DNA from: a virus
Taxonomy: Duplodnaviria > Caudoviricetes
IMG/VR virus record: IMGVR_UViG_3300018080_001657
Location: 1-60,641 of that record
Strand: one strand, 5' to 3'
Length of the DNA stretch: 60,641 bases
Made by a program: the position numbers and the translations under genes. Under the pieces are notes generated by a model. It made no database searches. It was not told the origin of the DNA and saw nothing but the letters and a program-made list of their open reading frames with translations. Below are positions 37,249 to 47,984 of this stretch, one piece after another; within the stretch, counting starts at the first letter, position 1, and each line of letters opens with the position of its first letter.

Positions 37249-37792
37249 AGATGTTATGCACCCAACAGGAGTTTTCTTTCGTAACCCCACTCACATGGAA
37301 GAAGCAGACATGGCACAGAGCCAAAACCAAATTGTAAAAGCACTTACGGCCGCTAAACGTGAACAAATAACCGAAGTACTGTCATTTACAGAAGAATCAA
37401 AACCATGGACTCTTCCTGGATTTGTTAATATTAGAGAAATGGATGAACTTCAATGTGAACAGCTTTGTCGGACCATGATGCGATACAGACCAAATATCTT
37501 TAAGGTTCATATTAAACTAGGGAATTACGTCAATGCTAAGCCTATTAAGACACTAAAAACAAGAAACCTATCTTCTTTAGAGCCACGTTTCCATACAGAA
37601 GTTGCAAAGAAAATGTCTGATGTTTTGTCTGACAGGTCTCTCAATGTAACAGAAATTATTTATACAGTTCATAGTGCTGAGCCTGGAAACTTTCGTGCAG
37701 TCAGTGAAGTATTTGGCATGGTAGATGACGAAGACTATGAGAATGATGAGCTATTTACACCTGGTATTCTAATCGAATATTACTCAAACTAA
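37220..37792 (+). CDS. hypothetical protein
   Basis: GGAGG RBS, 190 aa. Confidence 0.65.
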   Translation: MVLPKDVKPEDVMHPTGVFFRNPTHMEEADMAQSQNQIVKALTAAKREQITEVLSFTEESKPWTLPGFVNIREMDELQCEQLCRTMMRYRPNIFKVHIKLGNYVNAKPIKTLKTRNLSSLEPRFHTEVAKKMSDVLSDRSLNVTEIIYTVHSAEPGNFRAVSEVFGMVDDEDYENDELFTPGILIEYYSN

Positions 37793-37816
37793 TTTTCCTG
37801 CCAAAGGAGCTAACTA

Positions 37817-39808
37817 ATGGCTCAACGTGTTCATGGTGTTATAAAACCTAACAGGCGTGGCAATGTACCTGCTAGAGTAGTGAACGTCCAGTCCAAAAAG
37901 AAAAATGAAAATAATAAGATTCGTCTTGATAAACTAACATCTGATAATCCTGTTATCTGTGTTAAGAGAAGACTTGGTGGCATTGGTGATGTCATTATGA
38001 CAACACCTCTTCTTAAAGAAATAAAAAGACTAATTCCTGATTGTCATCTAATATATGCTACAGACCTAGAGTATGCAGACGGAGCACTAGGAGATATAAT
38101 TAGACATAACCCATATGTTGATGAGCTTATACCAAATTCGCAAATCGCAGAAAGTACCTATGCCTATAGTGTAGATGTTACTGCTACTGGTTTAGCAAAA
38201 GAAAAAGCAGGACAAATACCTCCAAACAGAATTGATATGTTTGCAGAAGCTGTAGGTGTATGCGTAGGTGCAGATCCAGTTCCTGTATATGAAGTGACTG
38301 ATGAAGAAAGAGAGATGGCAACAAAGCGTATTGAAGCTGATTTCCTTGGACCAGCAAAAAGTAGAGAAGATATAAAGTTAATTGTAATTCAAGTAAGAAG
38401 TAACGACGCCAGAAGAACATGGCCTCTTGATCATATGGATAAATTGGCTGATATGTTAGCAAAAGACCCAAGCATTAGAGTTCTTTTGTGTGACTGGGGA
38501 GATAAAGCAGATAGATGGGAATCAAGAGAACGGGTATGGGCCATTAAGAATGAAAGCATTGTAGACATAGCTGCGATTATAGAACAATCTGATTTAGTTA
38601 TCTGTCCAGACAGTAGTATTCTTCATCTTGCTGGTGCGTTAAGTAAAAAGATTGTTGCTATCTTTGGGCCAATACCTCCTGAGAGCCGTATTAATCATTA
38701 TACAAATGCACATGCTGTTACATTAGGTTTGTCTTGTCAGTATTGCTGGTATACTCCAATGTGTATTAGAAGCAACAACACAAAATTTGATTGTCTAACA
38801 AAACTTACACCAAAAATGGTACACGACGTGGCAATAAAGAAAATGGCAAATGAATATATTGTAGAAACGAAAGTAGAATATGGTAAAAATATGACTACAG
38901 TCGGGGGACAAGATCCTGTTATATTAGTCAAAAGAACAACAGGAGGCATTGGCGATCTTGTTATGGCTACAGCAGGCATAGAAGCACTTAAGGAAAAGTT
39001 TCCTAACAAGAAATTACATGTTGCAGTAAATAAAAATCTACATCCAGTACTAGAAAACAATCCATATATTGACCATGTGCTTGATATTAATCAGCCAATA
39101 AATGCAAAAATCTATCATATGATTTTTGATATTTCTCATCCTTGTGCGCGATACGAAGTAGCAAGACTAAGAGCCAGAAAGCCTGTTGAAAAGAATAGAG
39201 TTGAAATTTATGCAGAAGCACTTGGGTCAAGAGAAATTATTAAAGATCTTAAACCAAGGATACATTTTACAGAAGAAGAACTTAAAGAAGGAAAAAAGTT
39301 TTTATTAGAAAATGGACTGAACCCAAACAAAAAGACTATTGCTATTGCAACTAACAGTACAGAACTTTACAGAGACTGGCCAGAAGAGAATTACACAGTG
39401 CTATTTGAAGCATTGAAAGACAAGTTTAATATTGCAATATTCCACAAAGAACGTAAAAACTTTTACCCTGGAATTATAGATGCTCGTGGTCTTCCATTAA
39501 GAAAAGCAATTAGTACCATGGCAACATGTGATGGTCTTATCACTGTAGACACAGGGTACTTGCATATTGCAGCAGCATTAAATATACCAACAGTGGCATT
39601 GTTTGGTCCTATTGATTACAAAGCAAGATGTAAAGGATATAAGAACACAACAGTTATTGTGTCAAATCTAGACTGTATTCCTTGTTGGCGTAATGGCACA
39701 ACAAAATGTAAACATACTGGTTTAGTAAAATCTTATTCTAGATGTATGGAAAATATTCATGTTAAACAAGTAATTAAAGTAGCACTTACAAAATTTAAAG
39801 GAATATAA
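37817..39808 (+). CDS. tandem GT9 (heptosyltransferase-like) glycosyltransferase
   Basis: Two units each with GGIGD, NPYVD/NPYID, R.WP, DS/DT..HxAxAL, FGP, CxxCW. Confidence 0.9.
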   Translation: MAQRVHGVIKPNRRGNVPARVVNVQSKKKNENNKIRLDKLTSDNPVICVKRRLGGIGDVIMTTPLLKEIKRLIPDCHLIYATDLEYADGALGDIIRHNPYVDELIPNSQIAESTYAYSVDVTATGLAKEKAGQIPPNRIDMFAEAVGVCVGADPVPVYEVTDEEREMATKRIEADFLGPAKSREDIKLIVIQVRSNDARRTWPLDHMDKLADMLAKDPSIRVLLCDWGDKADRWESRERVWAIKNESIVDIAAIIEQSDLVICPDSSILHLAGALSKKIVAIFGPIPPESRINHYTNAHAVTLGLSCQYCWYTPMCIRSNNTKFDCLTKLTPKMVHDVAIKKMANEYIVETKVEYGKNMTTVGGQDPVILVKRTTGGIGDLVMATAGIEALKEKFPNKKLHVAVNKNLHPVLENNPYIDHVLDINQPINAKIYHMIFDISHPCARYEVARLRARKPVEKNRVEIYAEALGSREIIKDLKPRIHFTEEELKEGKKFLLENGLNPNKKTIAIATNSTELYRDWPEENYTVLFEALKDKFNIAIFHKERKNFYPGIIDARGLPLRKAISTMATCDGLITVDTGYLHIAAALNIPTVALFGPIDYKARCKGYKNTTVIVSNLDCIPCWRNGTTKCKHTGLVKSYSRCMENIHVKQVIKVALTKFKGI

Positions 39809-39810
39809 AA

Positions 39811-40689
39811 ATGTCAAACATTCCTAGCTCTGTATTTGTAACTTTAGGTGGTGGTCTTGGTGATGTATTTTATACGTATGTAAACGGTAAAAATGGATGG
39901 GGTTATATAGAGTCTTTAAAAAAGACATATCCAAGTATTAAAATAAAAGCTATGTGTGCAACTCATAATCCACAAACATTAGACTTTATTGAAAATAATC
40001 CATATATTGATTCAATAGTTGAATTTGGATGGGTATTAGACGCAACAGAATTATGGAAAAAATACAAAGGAGATGCTGTACGTCTTGATAAACAAAAAGA
40101 CTTACTTAAAAAATTAAAAGATAAAAAACCTAATGTTTATTTAAGTCAAACAGACAAAGAAACTGTTAACAATATAACTAGTAGTGGAAATTTTGTGCTT
40201 CTTCATCCTTTTGCAGGAGAGCCACATCGTAGAGCACTGCCAGCTGAAGAATATATACCATTGATCGATAGTATTATAGATAAACTTGGATTAAATGTTG
40301 TTCTTATTGGCGGTAGCTATACAAGAAGTAATCGAGTCCACAAAGAACTAAAGACAGAATACTTAGATTACAATAGAAGTGGACTGCATAATATTATTGG
40401 CAAATCAAATGCTCGTATATGTTTGACATTGGCAAGAAAACAAACATGCTTTTTGGGTTCGTGGTCAGCGTACTCTTGTGCTTCATGGCTGTACAATAAG
40501 CACACAACAATATTGCTCCAAGAAAATGACGTAGAGAAACTTAATAAGAAACTAAGTAAAGGACAAAGATGGGACGGAGCAAAATGTGACATGATAACAA
40601 CCAAAGGACCATATCATAATCCAAAAGACACAAACTTCAAGAAGGTTCGAGAAGAAGCCTTTAACAAGATACAAAATGAAACAAAATAA
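39811..40689 (+). CDS. divergent GT9-like glycosyltransferase
   Basis: GGGLGD, NNPYID, LLHPFA, VLIGG, NIIGKSN. Confidence 0.7.
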   Translation: MSNIPSSVFVTLGGGLGDVFYTYVNGKNGWGYIESLKKTYPSIKIKAMCATHNPQTLDFIENNPYIDSIVEFGWVLDATELWKKYKGDAVRLDKQKDLLKKLKDKKPNVYLSQTDKETVNNITSSGNFVLLHPFAGEPHRRALPAEEYIPLIDSIIDKLGLNVVLIGGSYTRSNRVHKELKTEYLDYNRSGLHNIIGKSNARICLTLARKQTCFLGSWSAYSCASWLYNKHTTILLQENDVEKLNKKLSKGQRWDGAKCDMITTKGPYHNPKDTNFKKVREEAFNKIQNETK

Positions 40690-41497
40690 AGTATATTTAG
40701 GGTTGATTGGAGGGCTTGGGGATGTAATTTATCAGTATTTACATGACCCAGCATGGCAATCTCTTGCTGACTACAAAACAAAGAACCCTAATACTTGTAT
40801 CAAGGCTATCGTAGTCTCACACAACCCTCTAGCCCATCAAATCGTAGAATTAAACCCTTATATAGATGAAGTAGAACAACATCCTCCAAAGAGAGAGATG
40901 AGAGATAAAAACTGGAAGCATCACGAAGTCATACATCAGTATGCACAAGGAGAATCAAGACTTATCGGGTCTAACCTAACACACAATAGACCTGTATTCT
41001 ATCTAAAGAACTCAGAAGTTGAGTTAGTAAATCAATTAGTTGTTGGCAAGACAGCTGTAGTACATCCATTTGCATCAGAAGAAGCAAGAGTTTGTATCCC
41101 ACCAAAGGACTATAGATCTATTGTCGACAAATTAAGACACAAAATGTTCAATGTAATTATGCTTGGCGGAAGCTATGTAAAATCATTTGGAGAAGAAGAA
41201 AAGTATAATAAAGTCGAGAAGTTCTTGTACCCTAAGACAGATGGGTTCACGAATCTAATAGGCAAAACAAATGCAAGAACTTCATTAGCCTTAGTAACTA
41301 ATGCTGATTTGTTTGTTGGAACTTGGTCTTGTTATGGTGTAACAGCATGGATGCACGGTATAAAATCAATAATATGTGTGCCTGACAAAATGTCTGAAGG
41401 ATGTTATAAAATACATGATGGTAAATATAAAAACCATAACAAAGCAGATAAGATAATTAAAGAATCAAATAGCAAAATGATAGTGAGGCTAATATGA
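40676..41497 (+). CDS. divergent GT9-like glycosyltransferase
   Basis: [34 protein letters not shown]. Confidence 0.7.
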   Translation: MKQNKVYLGLIGGLGDVIYQYLHDPAWQSLADYKTKNPNTCIKAIVVSHNPLAHQIVELNPYIDEVEQHPPKREMRDKNWKHHEVIHQYAQGESRLIGSNLTHNRPVFYLKNSEVELVNQLVVGKTAVVHPFASEEARVCIPPKDYRSIVDKLRHKMFNVIMLGGSYVKSFGEEEKYNKVEKFLYPKTDGFTNLIGKTNARTSLALVTNADLFVGTWSCYGVTAWMHGIKSIICVPDKMSEGCYKIHDGKYKNHNKADKIIKESNSKMIVRLI

Positions 41498-42522
41498 AGA
41501 AGGCATTAATAACTGGTATCACAGGACAAGATGGATCTTACCTGGCTGAATTGCTTCTTGATAAAGGTTATGAAGTACATGGAATAATTCGTCGTACAAG
41601 CAGCTATGTGAGACAAAGAATTGATCATTTGTCAATGGACCCAGAGATAAAAGACAAAACATTGTTTTTGCATTATGGAGACATGACAGACGGCTCAAAT
41701 ATCTCAAGACTAATTGAGAAAATTATGCCTGATGAGGTTTATAACCTGGCTGCGCAATCACATGTAAAGATTTCTTTTGATGTACCTGAATATAGTGCAC
41801 AGGTTGATGGCATTGGAACCATTAGGCTGCTAGATGCCCTTAGAGAATTATGCCCAAAGGCTAGGTTTTATCAAGCTTCTACATCTGAGCTGTACGGACT
41901 AGTACAGGAGACTCCACAGAAGGAAACTACGCCCTTCTATCCTCGTTCCCCTTATGCAGTAGCTAAACTATATGCATACTGGATCACAAGGAACTACAGA
42001 GAGGCTTATGGCATGTTTGCCTGTAATGGCATTCTGTTTAATCATGAGTCTGAGAGACGTGGAGAAAACTTTGTTACTAGAAAAATCACAATGTCAGTGG
42101 CACGTATTGCTCGTGGCCAACAAGACAAAATATCTTTAGGAAATCTATCTGCATTAAGAGACTGGGGATATGCGCCTGATTATGTAAGAGGAATGTGGAT
42201 GATGCTCCAGCAAGATGAGCCAATGGATATTGTGATGGCCACAGGAGAGCAACACTCTGTAGAAGACTTCTGTCTTGCAGCATTTGATGCTATTGGAATG
42301 CCCATTAAGTTCAAAGGAGAAGGTGTTGATCGTAAAGGGTATAACATAAATGGTGTTGTACGTGTAGATGTTAATCCAAAGTTCTTTAGGCCAACAGAAG
42401 TACAAACACTACTAGGTGATCCAACAATGGCTAAAGAAGTTTTAGGTTGGGAACCAACTATTAGCTTCAAAGAATTAGTTACTCGCATGGTAGTTAACGA
42501 TCTTAATGAGATAAAACAATGA
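41494..42522 (+). CDS. gmd: GDP-mannose 4,6-dehydratase
   Basis: [51 protein letters not shown]. Confidence 0.97.
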   Translation: MKKALITGITGQDGSYLAELLLDKGYEVHGIIRRTSSYVRQRIDHLSMDPEIKDKTLFLHYGDMTDGSNISRLIEKIMPDEVYNLAAQSHVKISFDVPEYSAQVDGIGTIRLLDALRELCPKARFYQASTSELYGLVQETPQKETTPFYPRSPYAVAKLYAYWITRNYREAYGMFACNGILFNHESERRGENFVTRKITMSVARIARGQQDKISLGNLSALRDWGYAPDYVRGMWMMLQQDEPMDIVMATGEQHSVEDFCLAAFDAIGMPIKFKGEGVDRKGYNINGVVRVDVNPKFFRPTEVQTLLGDPTMAKEVLGWEPTISFKELVTRMVVNDLNEIKQ

Positions 42523-42758
42523 GCACTGGAAATAACATAGACAGGTTAATTGATATAAATAACAAACTGTGGCATGAAGCAACACAGATAAAAGACTTTG
42601 ATAACAAACCAATCAAAGGACTCTCTTCAGAAGAAAGAGTTAAATGTTTCCTTGCAGTTAGAAAACTTAATTCTAGTCGATCTGCAATTAGAGCAGAGAT
42701 AGATAGAGAATTTGATGACGGAGTTGACGAATCTAAAGTCAACTATTCTGGAGAGTAA
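42519..42758 (+). CDS. small DUF4254-like protein
   Basis: IDRL...N.KLWH...LN..R...ID. Confidence 0.55.
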   Translation: MSTGNNIDRLIDINNKLWHEATQIKDFDNKPIKGLSSEERVKCFLAVRKLNSSRSAIRAEIDREFDDGVDESKVNYSGE

Positions 42759-42759
42759 A

Positions 42760-42975
42760 ATGCTAACATATAGTATCGGAGAAATGGTTGATAAATTATG
42801 TGTAATTCATCTTAAGGTTTGGCATCTAGAAGAACAAATTCAAAAAGCAGAAGCAGATAGCCTAGACGCAAAAGAAATAGAAAAGTTATGTGACAAAGTA
42901 GTAAATCTAAATGCCTACAGGATGAAGATCGTCAAATCAATAGACGAATACTTTGAGGCAAAGGCAAATGGATGA
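42760..42975 (+). CDS. small DUF4254-like protein
   Basis: SIGEMVDKL...LKVWHLEE...LN..R...ID. Confidence 0.6.
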   Translation: MLTYSIGEMVDKLCVIHLKVWHLEEQIQKAEADSLDAKEIEKLCDKVVNLNAYRMKIVKSIDEYFEAKANG

Positions 42976-43654
42976 AGCTCTTATTAAAAAAACAATCAAT
43001 GGGGTTCAGAATTCTTCACTAGAATACATGAAGAGATATAGCTTATGTGATTGTGTTACTCTTGGATTCCCCGAAACATATAACGCTATGGGATTAGGAC
43101 TAGATGTATTCAACAGCAAGATAGAAGCTGGTAAGAAATACATCATGCCATATGCAAACAAAGTATCTGAGGAAGACATTAGAATCCTTAGACCTGTCGG
43201 CTACAAGACTCCCAAAGAAATTGAGACATTCTTATGGAGTCCATTTCATGATTCCACAAGCACATTCTATGATCTAGGTGACGACGTCATTCATTCTTTT
43301 AGATTTAAAGGACAGTGGTTAAGGAAATATAGCTTTGTAAAGCAACGTTCTGAACCATTGTTTACAGAAGTTATACGGTCAATTAAAACAATGAAAACAA
43401 AGATATATAACATGTGGGGATCAGATGTAAACTGCATGTTGTTGTTCTACGATAACTCTAGGTTGAATAATAAGACTGTCAAGAAGAGAATGGAAAGATA
43501 TAACGAAATATCACTAGAAGTATTGCATGACTGGCATGAATTGAAAGTTGAGCTGACAGAAGAAGACAAAGAAGGAAAAGAATGGGAGCATTATAAGAGG
43601 CCAGCAAGAATGAATTTATTAGATCAAATCAAGAAGATAGAAGACAATGCATAG
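42968..43654 (+). CDS. hypothetical protein
   Basis: Long ORF within the glycan cluster. Confidence 0.6.
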   Translation: MDEALIKKTINGVQNSSLEYMKRYSLCDCVTLGFPETYNAMGLGLDVFNSKIEAGKKYIMPYANKVSEEDIRILRPVGYKTPKEIETFLWSPFHDSTSTFYDLGDDVIHSFRFKGQWLRKYSFVKQRSEPLFTEVIRSIKTMKTKIYNMWGSDVNCMLLFYDNSRLNNKTVKKRMERYNEISLEVLHDWHELKVELTEEDKEGKEWEHYKRPARMNLLDQIKKIEDNA

Positions 43655-44507
43655 TAAATTCTATGTACATACTTGTGGAGGAATGGGAGACCATTATCTA
43701 GGATACTTCAACCCAAACTGCAAAAAATATGGACTTGGTTTTATTGAACAGCTTAAAGAAGAATACCCTAACTCAACTGTAAAACTTATTGCTCATCCTG
43801 CCAACCCACAAGGACCAGAGTTCTTTAGATACCATCCACATATAGATGAGATTGAAACACATCCATGGGTTGCAGGGCTAGGGAACTGTAAGAACAAAGA
43901 GAAAGAAGCAAAAGGATATATAGAGCTAGAAGAATTTGGTAAAGAGAAGGAATGGGCAAAGAGAAAGAATGAAACGATATATACTTCTGAAGAAGATGAC
44001 AAGTTCTTAAAAACAATCTTAAATAAAAAACCATTTGTTGTTTTACATCCATTCGCCAGTGATAAACAAAGAATGCCCATGCAACCAAGACAATTTTTTC
44101 CTTTGGTTGATAGTATTATCAAAGACTATGGCATCAAAGTAATTGTTTTAGGTGGCTCATACAAGAGAACAAGAAATAGACTAGATCAAATCAAAGAAGA
44201 ATTCCCCTATGAGAGAGAAGGTTTAATCAATCTTATCGGCAAGACCAATAGCAGAACAGCAGCTAAAATAATACACTCATCGAAGGTATTAATTGCTAAT
44301 CATTCTGGGCTATGGTGTGCTGCCTCAATAGGAGGAATAAAACTTATAGCAATGCACAGGAATCCAGAGTACCATAGCAAATGGATCAAATCTATCTTTG
44401 TAGATGATGGAGCTTCTTCTGTTGTCATAGATGTAAATGAAAAGATTAGAAAAAACATAATTAGAGCAAATATCATAGAGCGACTAGATAAAATCTTGAG
44501 GGCATAA
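43647..44507 (+). CDS. divergent GT9-like glycosyltransferase
   Basis: GGMGD, HPHID, VLHPFA, VLGG, NLIGKTN, NHSG. Confidence 0.7.
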   Translation: MHSKFYVHTCGGMGDHYLGYFNPNCKKYGLGFIEQLKEEYPNSTVKLIAHPANPQGPEFFRYHPHIDEIETHPWVAGLGNCKNKEKEAKGYIELEEFGKEKEWAKRKNETIYTSEEDDKFLKTILNKKPFVVLHPFASDKQRMPMQPRQFFPLVDSIIKDYGIKVIVLGGSYKRTRNRLDQIKEEFPYEREGLINLIGKTNSRTAAKIIHSSKVLIANHSGLWCAASIGGIKLIAMHRNPEYHSKWIKSIFVDDGASSVVIDVNEKIRKNIIRANIIERLDKILRA

Positions 44508-44508
44508 A

Positions 44509-45312
44509 ATGGATAAAGTATTTATAAAGAAAAACCACACGACAAAACAACAAGAATACTATAAGAAATTCAGAAACAACAAACACTGGGCAAAAGAATC
44601 ATCTAGGACTGGCAACCATTATCTTAATACATATCAGAACCTTAGAGATATCAACAAGCATGTTTTTCCTTATAACTTTGTATCGAATACAGACACAATA
44701 GTTAGTTGTGGGTGTGCACGGATGTATTTAGACATGGGAATATCTGACCCATTTATATTTGCAACTCTTGCTAAGAAAGTCATACTGTTTGAGGCAGACC
44801 CAATCAACATTCCTGCTGTTAGTTCTTATATAGAGAATAACAATGTAGAAAATGTAGAGCTTATATCTAAGGCAGTATGGGACAAGAATGAAGAGGTCAT
44901 GTTCTCTTCCTACAAGAAAACACCTGGTGGATCAAACCATATAGGTGGTTCGAATAGAAACATCCTAGTGCCTATTGAAGGAATAACACTAGACGCAGCA
45001 ATCAAAGAACCAGTTGACCTCTTACATCTCACAATCAATGGCATTGAGCACAAAGTGCTAAAGACAGCAGAATCACTGTTGGAGAACAAACCAATTGTGA
45101 CAGTAGCAATGTTTAACAAGAGTCATGAGATGTTTAAGAACAGGAAGAAAGCAGTAGAGTTGTTGTATGACTCTGGATATTACATTGGATGGGCAAAAGC
45201 ATCCTCTATTCCATGGGAAGATTTTAATTTCTGGTTTGCTATTGCCACACCAGACAAAGATCAATTACAATCACTAGGCTTTGAGCAGACATCAGAACTG
45301 TTCCCTGTATAG
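44509..45312 (+). CDS. FkbM-family methyltransferase
   Basis: VILFEADP, KAVWD, ITLD, VDLL..TINGIE..VL. Confidence 0.75.
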   Translation: MDKVFIKKNHTTKQQEYYKKFRNNKHWAKESSRTGNHYLNTYQNLRDINKHVFPYNFVSNTDTIVSCGCARMYLDMGISDPFIFATLAKKVILFEADPINIPAVSSYIENNNVENVELISKAVWDKNEEVMFSSYKKTPGGSNHIGGSNRNILVPIEGITLDAAIKEPVDLLHLTINGIEHKVLKTAESLLENKPIVTVAMFNKSHEMFKNRKKAVELLYDSGYYIGWAKASSIPWEDFNFWFAIATPDKDQLQSLGFEQTSELFPV

Positions 45313-45322
45313 AGAGGCACAT

Positions 45323-45967
45323 ATGTTTTTATCACCACGAAAAGAAGAAGTACCTTTTATATTGAACAACATCAAGAGTGGAAACATTCTTAATATTGGT
45401 GGAGCACAAGGAGAATGGAAAAGCAAACTTCTAGATAAAGGTCACCAGATGACAATTGTTGACGTAAGGAAATGTGTTTCCAACAGGAAGAATTGTACTG
45501 TTGTGCAGGCAGATGTAAGAAACGTGACACCAGAGTCCATAGGAACATTTGACAATATCATATTGATGTCTACTCTAGAGCATATCTCATTGCCTCTCTT
45601 CTCTAAAGACAACACAAAGACTTGGCAAGATGGACCGTGGAAAGAACAATTGAAAGTATTCAAGCACTGTACAACACTGCTTAAAGAGAACGGCATTATT
45701 ATATTTACTATTCCATGTGGGACACCAACAAAAGCACCAAGACATAAGCTGCTATATAACGAAGAGATGATTGAAGCAATAAAAGCAGAATGTGAAGTAG
45801 AGAAAGAACATTACATTCTTAGGCGTCCTGATAAATGGGAACACAGATCTGAATTTCCAATAGAATGTTGTTCTCCTGAAGAAGAAGCCGAGAGAATAGC
45901 AGACTCAACAGGAAGATTTGCATCTGCAATCTGTCTCATGATATTAAAAAAACCAAAAGAGGACTAA
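45323..45967 (+). CDS. class I SAM-dependent methyltransferase
   Basis: ILNIGG, QADV, FD.I..STLEHI, LKENG..IFTIP. Confidence 0.8.
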   Translation: MFLSPRKEEVPFILNNIKSGNILNIGGAQGEWKSKLLDKGHQMTIVDVRKCVSNRKNCTVVQADVRNVTPESIGTFDNIILMSTLEHISLPLFSKDNTKTWQDGPWKEQLKVFKHCTTLLKENGIIIFTIPCGTPTKAPRHKLLYNEEMIEAIKAECEVEKEHYILRRPDKWEHRSEFPIECCSPEEEAERIADSTGRFASAICLMILKKPKED

Positions 45968-46711
45968 ATGCCACTTCCAAACTTTATTATTATTGGTGAG
46001 ACCAAGTGTGGTACCACCTCAATGTATGACAATCTTATTCAACACCCACAGATATTGCCAACAGTTGGAAATGGGAATGATAGGATTGTTGATGCTAGTG
46101 TGCCGCTCGGAGTAAAAGAACTCAGATTCTTTGATCGTAATTATCATAGAGGCTGGGACTGGTACAAGTCATGCTTCCCCGAATGCCCTGAAGGCTGTAT
46201 TACAGGTGAAGCAACACCTATGTATCTTAATAGAACATTAGCATTAGACCGTATTGCTTCTGTGCTTCAAGATAACGTAAAGCTCATCGTGATGATAAGA
46301 AATCCAGCTAAAAGACTAGTGTCACATTTCTATCACAATCAAAGTATCAACAAGGATTGGCATATAAAATATCCAACAATATATGAATTCTGGCACAAGG
46401 TATCAGATCCAGATTATCATATGATTGAAAGAGGTATCTATTGGAAATCATTATTTAACTTGCAGAACTTTTTCAACAATGAGAATATACGTGTAGTTAT
46501 ATTAGAAGACATGCTTACGAGGCCACAAAAGGTATTGAATAATTTGTTTGATTTTCTAGAAGTAGACAAGACAGACACGATAGTTCCTGCTCATTCAAGA
46601 AAGAGCCAGAATAAACAAAAAGAAGCTGCACCTGATTATGTTTATGACTTTTACAAAACACACAATCTAATATTAGAAGAAATGTTACAGACAAAACTAT
46701 GGACAAAATAA
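45968..46711 (+). CDS. PAPS-dependent sulfotransferase
   Basis: PNFIIIGETKCGTTS, KELRFFD, GEATPMY, RNP..R.VSH. Confidence 0.9.
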   Translation: MPLPNFIIIGETKCGTTSMYDNLIQHPQILPTVGNGNDRIVDASVPLGVKELRFFDRNYHRGWDWYKSCFPECPEGCITGEATPMYLNRTLALDRIASVLQDNVKLIVMIRNPAKRLVSHFYHNQSINKDWHIKYPTIYEFWHKVSDPDYHMIERGIYWKSLFNLQNFFNNENIRVVILEDMLTRPQKVLNNLFDFLEVDKTDTIVPAHSRKSQNKQKEAAPDYVYDFYKTHNLILEEMLQTKLWTK

Positions 46712-47772
46712 ATCTACTTGAACCAGTAATACCGCCTAAGTCAAAAGAGTATGTGAATGACTGCTTAGACACGGGATGGCTATCATACTCAGGAAGCTAC
46801 GTAAAGCAACTTGAGAACCAAGTTAAAGACTTTGTAAGAACTAAGTCTGCTGTAGCTATGGGAAACGGCACAGGAGCTTTGTGGGTAGCACTAAAAACAT
46901 TTAGTATAGGACCAGGAGACTTTGTAGTAGTGCCGTCAATGACATTTGTAGCTACTGTAAATGCAGTTATTCAGACAGGTGCCACTCCAGTGTTTGTAGA
47001 CTGTAACAATAATCTACAAATAGATATAAATTTTTTACGTGATGCTATCGAAAAGCTAAAACCAAAAGCAATTATTCCTGTGCACATACTAGGAAACTTA
47101 TGCGACATGGACACAATTAAAAGTCTTGCCTATAACGACTGTATACCTGTAATTGAAGATGCAGCACAAGCATTAGGATCTATAGACAAATGTAATTGTT
47201 ATGCTGGTACAAGAGGAACAGTTGGAATGTATTCGTTTAGTTTCAACAAACTTATTGCTGCTGGACAAGGCGGAATGTTAGTCACAAGAGAAGAAAGACT
47301 TGGAAATCATATGAAGTATTTCTCTTTACAGTCAAAAGATAATGCTGAGATGTATGTTCATGATGAAGCTGGCTTTAATATGGGCATGTCAAATATAAAC
47401 GCAGCATTAGCCTGTGGGCAAATGGAAAACATAGATGAGACATTAAAGCAGAAGAGACGTGTACGTGACAAATATGTAGAACTTCTAGGCAAAGAGAACA
47501 TGTACTATCAAGAAGGTGGAAACGGGTGGTTAAATGCCTACAAGACAAACAAGGCCTATAAAGAGGTATCTTTAAGATGCAAAAGAGCTGGAATTCAAGT
47601 AAGACCGCTCTTCTATCCTAATCACAAACAAACAAGCTTCAATAAATATCCATATTTTGGAAACCATATGGCAGAAAACAAATATAAAACCACCGTATGT
47701 ATTCCATCGAGCCCAAACCTTACAGACGAACAAATCCAACATGTAGTAAAATCAATTAGAGGTGATAAATAA
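46699..47772 (+). CDS. DegT/DnrJ/EryC1/StrS aminotransferase (perosamine synthase/LegC-like)
   Basis: NGTGAL, VPSMTFVAT, PVHILG, IEDAAQALG, SFSFNKL..GQGG, GFN. Confidence 0.92.
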   Translation: MDKINLLEPVIPPKSKEYVNDCLDTGWLSYSGSYVKQLENQVKDFVRTKSAVAMGNGTGALWVALKTFSIGPGDFVVVPSMTFVATVNAVIQTGATPVFVDCNNNLQIDINFLRDAIEKLKPKAIIPVHILGNLCDMDTIKSLAYNDCIPVIEDAAQALGSIDKCNCYAGTRGTVGMYSFSFNKLIAAGQGGMLVTREERLGNHMKYFSLQSKDNAEMYVHDEAGFNMGMSNINAALACGQMENIDETLKQKRRVRDKYVELLGKENMYYQEGGNGWLNAYKTNKAYKEVSLRCKRAGIQVRPLFYPNHKQTSFNKYPYFGNHMAENKYKTTVCIPSSPNLTDEQIQHVVKSIRGDK

Positions 47773-47984
47773 TGGCACTTACATACGAAGAAAAGCTTAG
47801 GCTTAAGAATGCTGAAGAAACAACACAAGGATTAAAAGATCTTGTAGATGGAGCTGGCAGCAAGAACCAACTAAAACAGTTGCTTACTCTATGTCAAGAA
47901 CAACTAAGAAGAGTTGAGGCTAGATTAGATACTATTGAAACAGATCTAGAGGCAGCATTAACATTAGCTAGACGCCTTCAATAA
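47772..47984 (+). CDS. small coiled-coil protein
   Basis: GAGGTG RBS, 70 aa. Confidence 0.6.
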   Translation: MALTYEEKLRLKNAEETTQGLKDLVDGAGSKNQLKQLLTLCQEQLRRVEARLDTIETDLEAALTLARRLQ

